Shown piece after piece: positions 7,995 through 17,330 of a stretch of 64,000 bases of DNA; the first letter of the stretch is position 1; each line of letters opens with the position of its first letter. Location: positions 95,029 through 159,028 of the forward strand of contig QHTE01000048.1 in the NCBI GenBank assembly GCA_003220685.1, in the 5' to 3' direction. Below the pieces are notes generated by a model, which worked only from the letters and a program-made list of their open reading frames with translations, was not told the DNA's origin and did not search any database. The position numbers and the translations under genes were made by a program. The stretch is from Candidatus Rokuibacteriota bacterium. GTDB lineage: Bacteria; Methylomirabilota; Methylomirabilia; Rokubacteriales; CSP1-6.

Positions 7995-10178
7995 CTACAC
8001 CAGCGTGACGTTCTTGAGCGGCAGGGTGCGCACCGGCTTGCCGGTCGCGGCGAAGATAGCGTTGAGCACCGCGGGCGTCACCACGGAGATCGTCGGCTCG
8101 CCGACGCCGCCCCAGAAGTCGTGCGACGGGACGATCACGGTCTCGACCTTCGGCATCTCGGCCAGGCGCAAGAGCTGGTAGCGGTCGAAGTTCAGCTCTG
8201 TCATCCGCCCGTTCTGCACCGTGCACTCGCCGTAGAGCGCGGCGCTCAAGCCGTACGCGACCGAGCCTTCGACCTGGGCGGCGATCTGGTCGGGATTGAC
8301 CGCATGGCCGCAATCGAGCGCCAGCACCATGCGGTGCACCTTGACCTTGCCCTCACCGCTCACCGAGACCTCGGCGATTGCCGCGGAGTAGCTGCCGTAT
8401 CCCATGAACTGGGCGATCCCACGATGCACGCCGGCCGGCAGCGGCTTGCCCCAGTCGCCCTTGGCGGCCGCGGCGTTGAGGACGGCGAGGTGCTTGGGAT
8501 GCTTGCTCATGAGGGCGCGGCGGAACTCGAGCGAGTCGGCGCCTGCGGCCCTAGCGACCTCTTCGATGAAGCATTCCATATAGACGGCGTTCTGATTGGT
8601 GTTGACCCCGCGCCAGGGCCCGACCGGCACGTGCGTGTTGCGCATCACGTACTCGATGAGCAAGCTCGGCACGGTGTAGCCGAGCTGCGCGTCGCCGGGC
8701 TTGTCCGTGTATCCCTGGAGCTGGCGGGCGTCCTGACCGTTCGTGACCAGCGCCGGGTTCACGAACGCGTTGATCGACTGGCCCGAGATGCGAACGTGCA
8801 GTCCGACGAGCGCGCCCTTGTCGTCGAGGCCCGCGGCGAGCTTGCACTGCGAGATGGGCCGGTAGAAGTCGTGCCCCATGTCCTCTTCACGCGACCAGAT
8901 CATCTTGACGGGGACATCGGGGAAGTGCTTGGCGATGTTGACGGCCTGGCGGACGTAATCCTGATTGCCGCCTCGCCGGCCGAAGCCGCCGCCCAGGTCG
9001 TGCCGGTAGACCTCGCACTTCGCCAGCGGAACCCCCGACTGCTCGGACAGGGCGGCCAGCGACGCCTCCGAGTTCTGCGTCGCCACCCAGCACTCGGCCC
9101 GCTCGGCCGAGAGCTTCACCGTGCAGTTCATGGGCTCCATCGTCGCGTGCGCGAGGAACGGCGTGCCGTACACCGCTTCGACCTTCTTCGCCGCACCCTG
9201 GATCGCGGCGATGGCGTCGCCTTCGTTGCGGAAGGCGTAGACGTCCTTCGCCGCCAGTCCCTCCTCGAGGTGCTTGCCGATCGTCGCGCTCGACTGCGAG
9301 GCGCCCGGTCCTTCGTCCCAGACGATCGGGAGCGCCTCGAGCGCCGACCTGGCCCGCCACCACGTATCGGCGACGACCGCGATCGTCGAATCGTTCACCT
9401 TGACGACGCGGCGAACGCCGGGCCGGCCCGAGATCTTCGCCTCATCGTAGCTCACGAGCTTGCCGCCGAACACGGGGCAGGCCTTGATCGCCGCGTGCAG
9501 CATGCCCGGCAGCTTCACATCGATCGCGAACACCTTGCTGCCGTCGAGCTTGTCGGCCGTGTCGAGCCGCTTCATCGGCTTGCCGGCGATCTTCCACTCC
9601 TTCGGATCCCTGAGCTTGATGCTCTTGAGGTCCGGCGGCGTCAGCTTCGCGGCGGCCGCGGCGACCTTGCCGTAGGTCGTCCTGCGCCCTGTGCCGGCGT
9701 GAGTGATGACCCCGTCGGCGACGCTGACCTCGGCGACCGGCACCTTCCACTCATCGGCCGCCGCCTGCAGCAGCATCATGCGCGCGGCCGCGCCGCCGCG
9801 GCGGACGTAGTCGTGCGAGGTACGGATGCCGCGGCTGCCCCCGGTCGCCATCTCGCCCCAGACGCGCTCGCGCGCGAGGTTCTGACCGGGGGTGATCGAC
9901 TCGGTGGCGACCTTCTTCCAATCGCACTCGAGCTCCTCGGCGACGAGCTGGGCCAGGCCGGTCCGCGTCCCTTGCCCCATCTCCGAGCGCGCGATGCGAA
10001 TCACGCAGGTGTCGTCCGGCTTGACGACGACCCAGGCATTGACCTCGGCGGCGGCTGCGGTGCCCTGGGCCTCGGCGGCTCTGAGTCCGAGCGGCATGCG
10101 GATCCCGACGGCCAGGCCGCCGCCCGCGGCGGCCGTGCCGACGATGAAGCGACGTCGAGAGAGCTTTATGTCTTTCAT
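7995..10178 (-). CDS. molybdopterin-dependent aldehyde oxidase/xanthine dehydrogenase family large subunit (IorB-like), Tat-exported
   Basis: 727 aa. Twin-arginine signal 'SRRRFIVGTAAAGGG'. 'GGGFGRRG' and the Mo-hydroxylase domain order are typical of isoquinoline oxidoreductase beta-type subunits. Confidence 0.9.
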   Translation of the reverse strand: MKDIKLSRRRFIVGTAAAGGGLAVGIRMPLGLRAAEAQGTAAAAEVNAWVVVKPDDTCVIRIARSEMGQGTRTGLAQLVAEELECDWKKVATESITPGQNLARERVWGEMATGGSRGIRTSHDYVRRGGAAARMMLLQAAADEWKVPVAEVSVADGVITHAGTGRRTTYGKVAAAAAKLTPPDLKSIKLRDPKEWKIAGKPMKRLDTADKLDGSKVFAIDVKLPGMLHAAIKACPVFGGKLVSYDEAKISGRPGVRRVVKVNDSTIAVVADTWWRARSALEALPIVWDEGPGASQSSATIGKHLEEGLAAKDVYAFRNEGDAIAAIQGAAKKVEAVYGTPFLAHATMEPMNCTVKLSAERAECWVATQNSEASLAALSEQSGVPLAKCEVYRHDLGGGFGRRGGNQDYVRQAVNIAKHFPDVPVKMIWSREEDMGHDFYRPISQCKLAAGLDDKGALVGLHVRISGQSINAFVNPALVTNGQDARQLQGYTDKPGDAQLGYTVPSLLIEYVMRNTHVPVGPWRGVNTNQNAVYMECFIEEVARAAGADSLEFRRALMSKHPKHLAVLNAAAAKGDWGKPLPAGVHRGIAQFMGYGSYSAAIAEVSVSGEGKVKVHRMVLALDCGHAVNPDQIAAQVEGSVAYGLSAALYGECTVQNGRMTELNFDRYQLLRLAEMPKVETVIVPSHDFWGGVGEPTISVVTPAVLNAIFAATGKPVRTLPLKNVTLV

Positions 10179-10179
10179 G

Positions 10180-10638
10180 TCACGCCTGCTTCCGTCCGGC
10201 CGCCATGTGCACCGCCTCCCGGATGCGCTGATACGTGCCGCAGCGGCAGATGTTGGTCATGGCGTCGTCGATGTCGTGATCGGTCGGTTTTGGCTTTCGC
10301 TTGAGGAGAGCCGACGCCGCCATGATCTGCCCGGACTGGCAGTAACCGCACTGCGGCACGTCGAGCGCCGCCCAAGCTTTCTGGACGGGGTGAGAGCCGG
10401 TGGCCGACAGGCCTTCGATGGTGACGATCCGATCCGTGGCCTTCACGCTCCCCACGGGAAGGACGCAGGTGCGCACGACCTGGTCGTTGATGTGCACCGA
10501 GCAGGCGCCGCACTGCGCGACGCCGCAGCCGTACTTGGTGCCGGTCAGGCCGATCTGCTCGCGGATGACCCAGAGGAGCGGTGTGTCGGCTTCAACCTGC
10601 ACGTCACGTACCCGCCCATTGATATTGAGCTTTGCCAT
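10180..10638 (-). CDS. (2Fe-2S)-binding small subunit of the Mo-hydroxylase (IorA-like)
   Basis: 152 aa. Cys clusters '[11 protein letters not shown]' and 'CGYCQSG...CRCGTY'. It ends 1 nt upstream of the large-subunit start. Confidence 0.9.
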   Translation of the reverse strand: MAKLNINGRVRDVQVEADTPLLWVIREQIGLTGTKYGCGVAQCGACSVHINDQVVRTCVLPVGSVKATDRIVTIEGLSATGSHPVQKAWAALDVPQCGYCQSGQIMAASALLKRKPKPTDHDIDDAMTNICRCGTYQRIREAVHMAAGRKQA

Positions 10639-10669
10639 CAGCGTCCTCCCGTGGCGCGATCCTCGCAGA

Positions 10670-11518
10670 TCACCGATGCTCGAGCGAAACCTGCTCGGCG
10701 TACGAGGCGCGGTAGCCCTCGTAGGAGCGGGCGTAGGCGGCGCGGGCCTGCTCGTCCATGTCGGCTTTCGGTGCCGGCTCGAGCTCGAAGTGGCCGTACG
10801 TGTCGACCCCGCGGACGAGCATCGCCGGAGTCTTGTGCTTCACGCCCAGATGCCCGACCGAGGTCGGGACGTAGCTGATCGCCAGACCGATGCGGCGGCC
10901 GTGCGAGCGATTGGGCTCTGAACGGTGCAGGCAGAGCGTGTGGTGCAGCGAGAACTCGCCCGCGCGCAGGGGAGCGTGGACCGCGGGCGCGTCGTCGACC
11001 TCGCCGACGATCGCCTGGCCGGCGCGGTTCACGCTGCCGGCCACGACGCCGGCGCGATGCGGCCGCTGGCCCCCGTGATGACTGCCGGGCAGGAACTCCA
11101 TGCAGCCGTTCTCCGCCGTCGCATCGGTCAGGGCGAGCCACGCGGTCACGTGCACGTACGGGCGTAGCCCGAAGTAGGTCGCGTCCTGGTGCCAGGCGGC
11201 GATCGCCGCGCTCTCGGGCTCCTTGATGAACCACGTCGAGGTGTAGACGAGGATGTCCGGGCCGATCAGGTCCTCGACGGCGTCCAGGATCGCCGGATGA
11301 CGCGTGAGCGCGTGCACCCACGACAGCAGGACGTGCGTACGCGACCGGTAGCGCGCGTCGGTCCGGTCGGAGGTGAGCGGTCCACCCACCGTCGCCTCGA
11401 ACGCCTCGAGCTTTCGAAGGCAGGCGGCGGCTTCCCCGCGCGTGAGCGCGGCGTTCGGCGAGAGGAATCCGTCGCGCGCGTAGGCGTCGACCTGGGCCGG
11501 CGACAGCGTTTTCGGCAT
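10670..11518 (-). CDS. phytanoyl-CoA dioxygenase (PhyH) family Fe(II)/2OG oxygenase
   Basis: 282 aa. 'WHQDATYF..', '..[11 protein letters not shown]..' and '..[13 protein letters not shown]' match the PhyH HxD...H pattern. Confidence 0.85.
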   Translation of the reverse strand: MPKTLSPAQVDAYARDGFLSPNAALTRGEAAACLRKLEAFEATVGGPLTSDRTDARYRSRTHVLLSWVHALTRHPAILDAVEDLIGPDILVYTSTWFIKEPESAAIAAWHQDATYFGLRPYVHVTAWLALTDATAENGCMEFLPGSHHGGQRPHRAGVVAGSVNRAGQAIVGEVDDAPAVHAPLRAGEFSLHHTLCLHRSEPNRSHGRRIGLAISYVPTSVGHLGVKHKTPAMLVRGVDTYGHFELEPAPKADMDEQARAAYARSYEGYRASYAEQVSLEHR

Positions 11519-12052
11519 CTACTTCATCCGGTCCTTGATCTTGGCCAGCGCGGCGCGCGCGCATTCCTCGTCGAATTGCCCGCCGGGCGCGCCGCTCACG
11601 CCGATCGCGCCGATCGGTGTCTCGCCGGCCTTGATGGTGACACCGCCGACCGCGTAGGTCACGTTGGGCAGGGGCGTCTGCGGCACGGTGGTCGGCGGAT
11701 TCTTGCCGATCCGGTCGGCGACTTCCTTGGTGCTGTTCTCCTTGCGGGCCAGGGTGAGCGAGGCGGCCGAGTAGGCCTTGTAGAACGCGTTGTCGAGCGT
11801 GTGGATCGGCGCCCCGTTGCCGCGCAGGAGCGCCTGCCGCACGCCGTCGAGGTCGACGACCACCGCCGTCACCGTGTAGCCCTTCTGCGCGCAGGCCGCG
11901 ACCGACTCGCCCACGAGCTCGTTCGCGAGAGCGGCGGACAGCTTCTGGGTCGTGACCAGGCCCGGGGCCGCAGTCTGGGCCGAAGCATCGACCGCCGCGC
12001 CGAGCATCAGGACCGCGAAGACCGCGAGAGTCGTTGCGAGGGCTCGCGACAT
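11519..12052 (-). CDS. GlcG/HbpS-like (DUF336) heme-binding-type protein, secreted
   Basis: 177 aa from MSRALATTLAVFAV (signal peptide) with a GGGGAGGA RBS. 'GGVTIKAGETPIGAIGVSGAPGG..DEECA' is the DUF336 signature. Confidence 0.75.
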   Translation of the reverse strand: MSRALATTLAVFAVLMLGAAVDASAQTAAPGLVTTQKLSAALANELVGESVAACAQKGYTVTAVVVDLDGVRQALLRGNGAPIHTLDNAFYKAYSAASLTLARKENSTKEVADRIGKNPPTTVPQTPLPNVTYAVGGVTIKAGETPIGAIGVSGAPGGQFDEECARAALAKIKDRMK

Positions 12053-12093
12053 GCCGTCCTCCCCAGTGAGGTGCTGGTGCGCATGGTAGCAGA

Positions 12094-13296
12094 TCATCCT
12101 TCGATGCGCGGGTCGGCGAGCCGCGAGCCGCCCTGGCGCGGCAGCCCGACCGCGATGAGGAACCCGAGCGCGTTGCTGCCGGCCGAGATCAGCACCGCTG
12201 TTCGATAGCTCTGCGTCACGTCGAAGAGCCGGCCCGCGGCGATCGGCAGGACGATCGCGGCGGCGCACCAGGCGATGTAGAGGCGGCTCGCGATCCGTCC
12301 GTACAGGGCACGCCGCCAGTAGACCGCCACCGCCGCCGCCGTCAGGCCGGAGATCAAGCCGTAGCCCACGCCCACGAGGGCGAGAGACAGCACCGACACA
12401 CGAGGTCCGGGCCACAGGGTCAGCGCGACGTTGCCCGCGAGCGCGACGGCATGAGCGCCCGCGGCCACCGTGGGGATGGTGAGCCAGTCGACCATCCACC
12501 CGCCGCCGAGCCGCGCCGCGGCGATCGCGCCCGTGATGAACGTCGTGCCGTAGACGGCCAGGGAGGTGGCGCCGCCGTAGGAGGTGATGATGCCCGCGGC
12601 CTGGCTCAGCACCATGAGCCCGGCGGATGCCGCCAGGAAGAAGACGAGCCAGAGCTGCCAGAACACGAGCCGGCGGCGCTCCGCGGAATCCGGCGCCTCG
12701 GCGCTCACCGCCGCCCCGAGCGTCACACCGGATCGCGCGATCAGCCACGCGCTGAGCGTGCCGGTGGCGCCGAGCACGGCGGCCAGCGCCCAGAGCGCGG
12801 CGCGCACGCCGAGCGCGTCGACGCACCAGCCGAAGAGCGGCGCGGCGAGCATCGCGCCCGCCGGGAGGAGGCTCACGACGTAGCCGTTCGCCAGGCCGTG
12901 GCGTCGGGTCACCGCCAGGTTCACGGCCTGCTGCACGAGGATGTAGCTCGCGCCGCCGCCGGCGCCGAAGAGAACGCCGTACCCGACCGCGAGCTGGGTC
13001 AGGCCGCCCGCGGTCGCGGCGAGCGCGACGCCCGCGGTGCTCGAGACGGCGCCCGCCGCGACCAGCGTCGGCGGCGACGCGAGGCGAGCGACGTAGGGCG
13101 TCAGGTTCATCCCGACGCCGAACCCGGCGGCCGCGAGCGCGAAGACGAACGCGAGATCGGCGCGGCTCAGCCCGAGCAGCGCCTCTAGCGGCTTCAGGAA
13201 CACGCTGAACGCGTAGAGCGAGCCGATCGGCAGGTTGAGCGCGGTGGCCGCCGCGACCACGCGCCACGCGCTGGGCCTGACGCTGGGGTCGCTCAC
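12094..13296 (-). CDS. MFS transporter (oxalate/formate antiporter-like)
   Basis: 400 aa from GTG 13296, with about 12 hydrophobic segments. The remaining 520 aa of the 923-aa ORF are antisense to the LLM and hydrolase genes and are low-complexity. Confidence 0.8.
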   Translation of the reverse strand: MSDPSVRPSAWRVVAAATALNLPIGSLYAFSVFLKPLEALLGLSRADLAFVFALAAAGFGVGMNLTPYVARLASPPTLVAAGAVSSTAGVALAATAGGLTQLAVGYGVLFGAGGGASYILVQQAVNLAVTRRHGLANGYVVSLLPAGAMLAAPLFGWCVDALGVRAALWALAAVLGATGTLSAWLIARSGVTLGAAVSAEAPDSAERRRLVFWQLWLVFFLAASAGLMVLSQAAGIITSYGGATSLAVYGTTFITGAIAAARLGGGWMVDWLTIPTVAAGAHAVALAGNVALTLWPGPRVSVLSLALVGVGYGLISGLTAAAVAVYWRRALYGRIASRLYIAWCAAAIVLPIAAGRLFDVTQSYRTAVLISAGSNALGFLIAVGLPRQGGSRLADPRIEG

Positions 13297-13335
13297 GCCG
13301 AGGAAGTATAATCCCTGGGCCACGGGAGGGTCGGG

Positions 13336-14223
13336 ATGAAGATCGGCGTGATCTTTCCTCAGACCGAGTGCGGCACCGACGTCGGCGCCATCGCCGAGTT
13401 CGTCCGCGCCGTCGAGGCGATGGGCTTTGACCACCTCTTCGTCGCCGATCACGTCCTGGGCGCCGACCCGAGGTTTCATTCGCACCCGTCGCTGGTCAAC
13501 TACTCGCACGAGAGCGTGGTCCACGAGTCGCTGACGTTGATGGCCTACTTCGCCGCTGTGACCCGGCGGATCACGCTGGCGACCGGCATCTTGATCCTGC
13601 CGCAGCGGCAGACCGTGCTCGTCGCCAAGCAGGCGGCCGAGATCGACGTGCTGAGCGGCGGCCGGCTGCGCCTCGGGGTCGGCGTGGGCTGGAACGCGGT
13701 CGAGTTCGAGGCGCTCAACGAGACGTTCGAGAACCGGGGCCGGCGCAGCGCGGAGCAGGTCGCGGTCATGCGCGCGCTGTGGACGCAAGAGGTCGTCGAC
13801 TTCCGCGGCGAGTTCCACCGGATCGATCACGCCGGGTTGAATCCGATGCCGATCCAGCGGCCGATTCCCGTCTGGTTCGGCGTGGGCAGCCGCGACCACG
13901 CGGTGCCGCCCGAGGCGGCGCTCAGGCGGATCGGACGGCTCGCCGACGGGTGGAGCCCGAACTTCACCCCGGACGACCAGGGGCGGGCGCTCGTCGCGCG
14001 CGTGCACGGCTACGCGCGCGAGGCGGGCCGCGATCCCGACCGGATTCCGCTCGAAGGACGCATCCGTCTCGCCGGCCAGAGCCCCGAGGGCTGGACGAAG
14101 CAGGTGGACGCGTGGAAAGCCATCGGCGCCGCCTCGGTCATCGCCGAGCCGCGCGGGGCGGGCCTCAAGTTTCCGCAGGGACATCTCGACGTGCTGCGCC
14201 GGTTCAAGGACACGGCCGTCTAG
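13336..14223 (+). CDS. LLM-class (luciferase-like) F420-dependent oxidoreductase
   Basis: 295 aa. 'MKIGVIFPQTE...FDHLFVADHV' and 'LSGGRLRLGVGVGWN' are typical of the probable F420-dependent LLM family. Confidence 0.85.
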   Translation: MKIGVIFPQTECGTDVGAIAEFVRAVEAMGFDHLFVADHVLGADPRFHSHPSLVNYSHESVVHESLTLMAYFAAVTRRITLATGILILPQRQTVLVAKQAAEIDVLSGGRLRLGVGVGWNAVEFEALNETFENRGRRSAEQVAVMRALWTQEVVDFRGEFHRIDHAGLNPMPIQRPIPVWFGVGSRDHAVPPEAALRRIGRLADGWSPNFTPDDQGRALVARVHGYAREAGRDPDRIPLEGRIRLAGQSPEGWTKQVDAWKAIGAASVIAEPRGAGLKFPQGHLDVLRRFKDTAV

Positions 14224-14250
14224 GCCGGGAGCCAAGCCAGGAGGACGACG

Positions 14251-15003
14251 ATGCCAGTCTTCACGCGCCCCGATGCCGAGATCTCTTACGAAGTGCACGG
14301 GTCGGGTTTCCCGCTGCTGCTGTTCGCCCCGGGCGGGCTCCGCTCGCAGCTCGACTACTGGCGTCAGAGCCCGAGCAATCCGTCGGCTCCGCCGCCCTGG
14401 ATGAATCCGATGGCCGACCTGTCGAGCCGCTTCACCGTGATCGGCATGGACCAGCGCAACGCCGGCAAATCGCGCGGCCTCGTGACCGAGACCCACGGCT
14501 GGCACACGTACGCGAGCGATCACCTGGCGCTGATGGACCACCTCGGCCATCGCCGCTTTCACGTCATGGGCGGCTGCATCGGCAGCAGCTTCTGTCTGAC
14601 CCTCTGCGAGATGGCGCCCGAGCGGGTCACCGCCGCCGTGCTCCAGAACCCGATCGGCCTTCACGAGAACCGCGACACGTGGGACGAGGCGGTCAGCGGC
14701 TTCGCCAAGACCATGCTCGAGCGCGACCCGTCGCTGACCCCCGAGACCATCCAGAAATTCGGTCACAACATGTTCGGCGGCGAGTTCGTCTTCTCGGTGA
14801 GCCGCGACTTCGTGCGGCGCTGCAAGACGCCGCTCCTGCTGCAGCCCGGCACGGACAAGCCGCATCCGGCCGAGACTAGCGCCGAGATCGCGCGCCTGGC
14901 GCCGAATCTACAGATCCAGAAAGACTGGCGCGGCCCGACGCACCTGGCCGAGTCGATTCGCATGGTCACGGAGTTCCTGACGCGCCATACGCCGAAGTCA
15001 TGA
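14251..15003 (+). CDS. alpha/beta hydrolase with a Cys in the nucleophile elbow
   Basis: 250 aa. 'PLLLFAPGG' is oxyanion-loop-like. The nucleophile elbow reads 'HVMGGCIGSS' (G-x-C-x-G rather than G-x-S-x-G). Confidence 0.75.
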   Translation: MPVFTRPDAEISYEVHGSGFPLLLFAPGGLRSQLDYWRQSPSNPSAPPPWMNPMADLSSRFTVIGMDQRNAGKSRGLVTETHGWHTYASDHLALMDHLGHRRFHVMGGCIGSSFCLTLCEMAPERVTAAVLQNPIGLHENRDTWDEAVSGFAKTMLERDPSLTPETIQKFGHNMFGGEFVFSVSRDFVRRCKTPLLLQPGTDKPHPAETSAEIARLAPNLQIQKDWRGPTHLAESIRMVTEFLTRHTPKS

Positions 15004-16340
15004 ACGACACGCCGACCGGAGAGACCGTCGAGCTCTTGCGGCAGCTGATCCGCAACCAGTGCGTGAACGACGGCAGCGTGGCCTCCGGTCAGGAGGCGCG
15101 CAACAGCGACACGCTGCGCGCGTACCTCGAGGGCAGCGGCCTCGACATCGACGTCTACGAGCCCGACGGCGCGCCCGGCCGCGCGAGCCTCGTGACCCGC
15201 ATCGAGGGCACCGATCCCGCTGCGCCGACCTTGTGCCTGATGGGCCACACGGACGTCGTCCCGGTCACCCCCGCGCACTGGACGCGTGACCCGTTCGGCG
15301 GCGAGGTGGTGAACGGGGAGGTCTGGGGACGCGGCGCGGTCGACATGCTGAATCTCACGGCCTCGCAGGCGGTCGCGCTCAAGACGCTGGCCCGGCGCGG
15401 CTGGAGGCCGCGCGGCACCCTGGTCTACCTGGCGTGCGCGGACGAGGAGGCGGGCGGCGCGCTCGGCGCCGGCCACGTCTGCAAGCGGCACTGGGACGCG
15501 CTGCGCGCGGACTATCTCCTGACCGAGAACGGTGGCACCGTCACCGCGCACGATGGCCAGCTGAACGTCACCGTGCACGTCGGCGAGAAGGGCGTGGCTT
15601 GGCGGCGCCTCCGGGTGAAGGGCACGCCTGGCCACGGCTCGATGCCGTACGGCGCCGACAACGCGCTGATCAAGGCCGCGCACGTCGTCACGCGTCTGGC
15701 GGAGTATCGCCCGGCGCCCTACGTGAGCGATCTCTGGCGCGGCGTCGTCGCCGCACTCGATCTCGACGCGGCCGCGAAGGAAGCGCTGGTCGATCCCTCG
15801 CGCGTCGACGAGGCGATCGCCGGGCTGCCCGCGAGCCTGGCCCGGTCGGCGTGGTCGGCGACGCACACGACGTTGTCGCCGAACATGTGCCGCGCCGGCG
15901 TCAAGACCAACGTGATTCCCGACGTCGTCGACATCGAGGTCGACATCCGCACCATTCCGGGCGACAACGAGGACGAGGTGCGCCGCCACCTCGACAAGGC
16001 GCTGGGCGACCTGTCGGAGGAAGTCGCGGTCGAGAAGCTCTTCTCCAAGCAGGCGTCGGTCTCGCCCACGGGCACCCCGCTCTGGGACGTGCTCGGCCGG
16101 GTCGTCGACCGGCACTACCCCGGGGCGAAGCTCTTGCCGCGGCTGATCGTCGGCTTCACCGACGCACCCTACTTCCGCGAGCACGGGGCCGTCGCCTACG
16201 GCTTCGGCCTCTTCTCGCGCGCGCTGACGGCCGAGGCGATGTCGGGGCGCTTCCACGGCAACGACGAGAGGATCGACGTCGAGTCGCTCGCGCTGACCAC
16301 GCAAGCCTGGCTCGACACGTGCGAGCTATTCCTGGGCTAG
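15000..16340 (+). CDS. M20 family metallopeptidase/deacylase (ArgE/DapE/CPG2-like)
   Basis: 446 aa. The ATG overlaps the upstream stop (ATGA). 'LMGHTDVVPV', 'RGAVDMLN' and 'ADEEAGG' are M20 metal-site motifs. Confidence 0.85.
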   Translation: MNDTPTGETVELLRQLIRNQCVNDGSVASGQEARNSDTLRAYLEGSGLDIDVYEPDGAPGRASLVTRIEGTDPAAPTLCLMGHTDVVPVTPAHWTRDPFGGEVVNGEVWGRGAVDMLNLTASQAVALKTLARRGWRPRGTLVYLACADEEAGGALGAGHVCKRHWDALRADYLLTENGGTVTAHDGQLNVTVHVGEKGVAWRRLRVKGTPGHGSMPYGADNALIKAAHVVTRLAEYRPAPYVSDLWRGVVAALDLDAAAKEALVDPSRVDEAIAGLPASLARSAWSATHTTLSPNMCRAGVKTNVIPDVVDIEVDIRTIPGDNEDEVRRHLDKALGDLSEEVAVEKLFSKQASVSPTGTPLWDVLGRVVDRHYPGAKLLPRLIVGFTDAPYFREHGAVAYGFGLFSRALTAEAMSGRFHGNDERIDVESLALTTQAWLDTCELFLG

Positions 16341-17264
16341 CGGGCGCGGGTCGCGGTGGTTCGCTCGACGCGGCGTGACGAGCTCGACGAGGGTATTGGC
16401 CAGGAGCGCCGCCAGGATCAGGGCGCCGCCGGCGAGTGAGGCCGCCTCCGGGCGCTCACCCAGCACGAGCCAGACCCAGAGCGGGCCCAGCACGGTCTCG
16501 AGCAGGCCGATCAGCGAGGTCTCCGCGGCCGGAATCAGCCGCGCGCCGGTCATGAAGAGCAGAAAGCCCGCGCCGAATTGCCCCACGCCGAAGAACGCCA
16601 GCAGCGCGAAGTCGCGCGGCGAGATCGAGAAGGGCTCCGCCAGCGGCAGCGCGATCAGCGCCGTGAACGCCGTCGCCAGCGCCGCCGCCGGCGCCATCCG
16701 GATCTCCGGGTGCCGCCGCACCAGGACCGTCGCGACGGCGAAGCTGGCGGCCATGACGATCGCGAGCAGGTCGCCGAGCACGGCGCCGCGAGCGTACGAG
16801 CTCGACACCATCACCACCGTGCCCGCGAGCGCGACGCCCATGGTCGCCCAGGTGCGCAGCGCGACCCGCTCGCCGAGCCAGACCCAGCCGAGCAGTCCCG
16901 CCACGTAGGGTCCGGTGGCCATGAGGATGAGCGTGTTGGCCACGGACGTGTGGGCCAGCGAGAAGATGAAGCACGTGGAGGCCGTCGCCATGCAGAGCGC
17001 GACGATCACGACGGGGCGTCCGCCCTCGCGCCATTGAGCCACGATGCCGCGGCCCCGGACGGCCCAGAGCACGAGCGCCAGGAACAGCGAGGCGAACAGG
17101 CTCCGCCAGAGGCTGGTGGTCCAGGGGCTCGTGGCGACGAGGCGAACGATGAGCCCGCCGCTGCTCCAGCAGACCGCTGCGCAAGCCACCAGCAGGGCGC
17201 CGCGCCGTGTGGCGGGCGTCGCGTGATCCCGCCGCGTCGCGCTCCCGGCGATACTTGACCGCAT
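16326..17264 (-). CDS. EamA/DMT family transporter
   Basis: 312 aa with about 10 TM segments and duplicated EamA-like halves. The 3' end overlaps the convergent M20 gene by 15 nt. Confidence 0.8.
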   Translation of the reverse strand: MRSSIAGSATRRDHATPATRRGALLVACAAVCWSSGGLIVRLVATSPWTTSLWRSLFASLFLALVLWAVRGRGIVAQWREGGRPVVIVALCMATASTCFIFSLAHTSVANTLILMATGPYVAGLLGWVWLGERVALRTWATMGVALAGTVVMVSSSYARGAVLGDLLAIVMAASFAVATVLVRRHPEIRMAPAAALATAFTALIALPLAEPFSISPRDFALLAFFGVGQFGAGFLLFMTGARLIPAAETSLIGLLETVLGPLWVWLVLGERPEAASLAGGALILAALLANTLVELVTPRRANHRDPRPLAQE

Positions 17265-17330
17265 TCTGGGCCGCGGGCTAGTCTACAGCACTCGTCACCA
17301 CGACTACGAACCCCGGAGCGGAGGCTCTGA

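Noticed and set aside
12094-14865. 923-aa ORF as a giant MFS fusion protein
   Set aside because: The N-terminal 520 aa are antisense to the LLM oxidoreductase and alpha/beta hydrolase genes and lack any membrane or domain character. The MFS core starts at GTG 13296.
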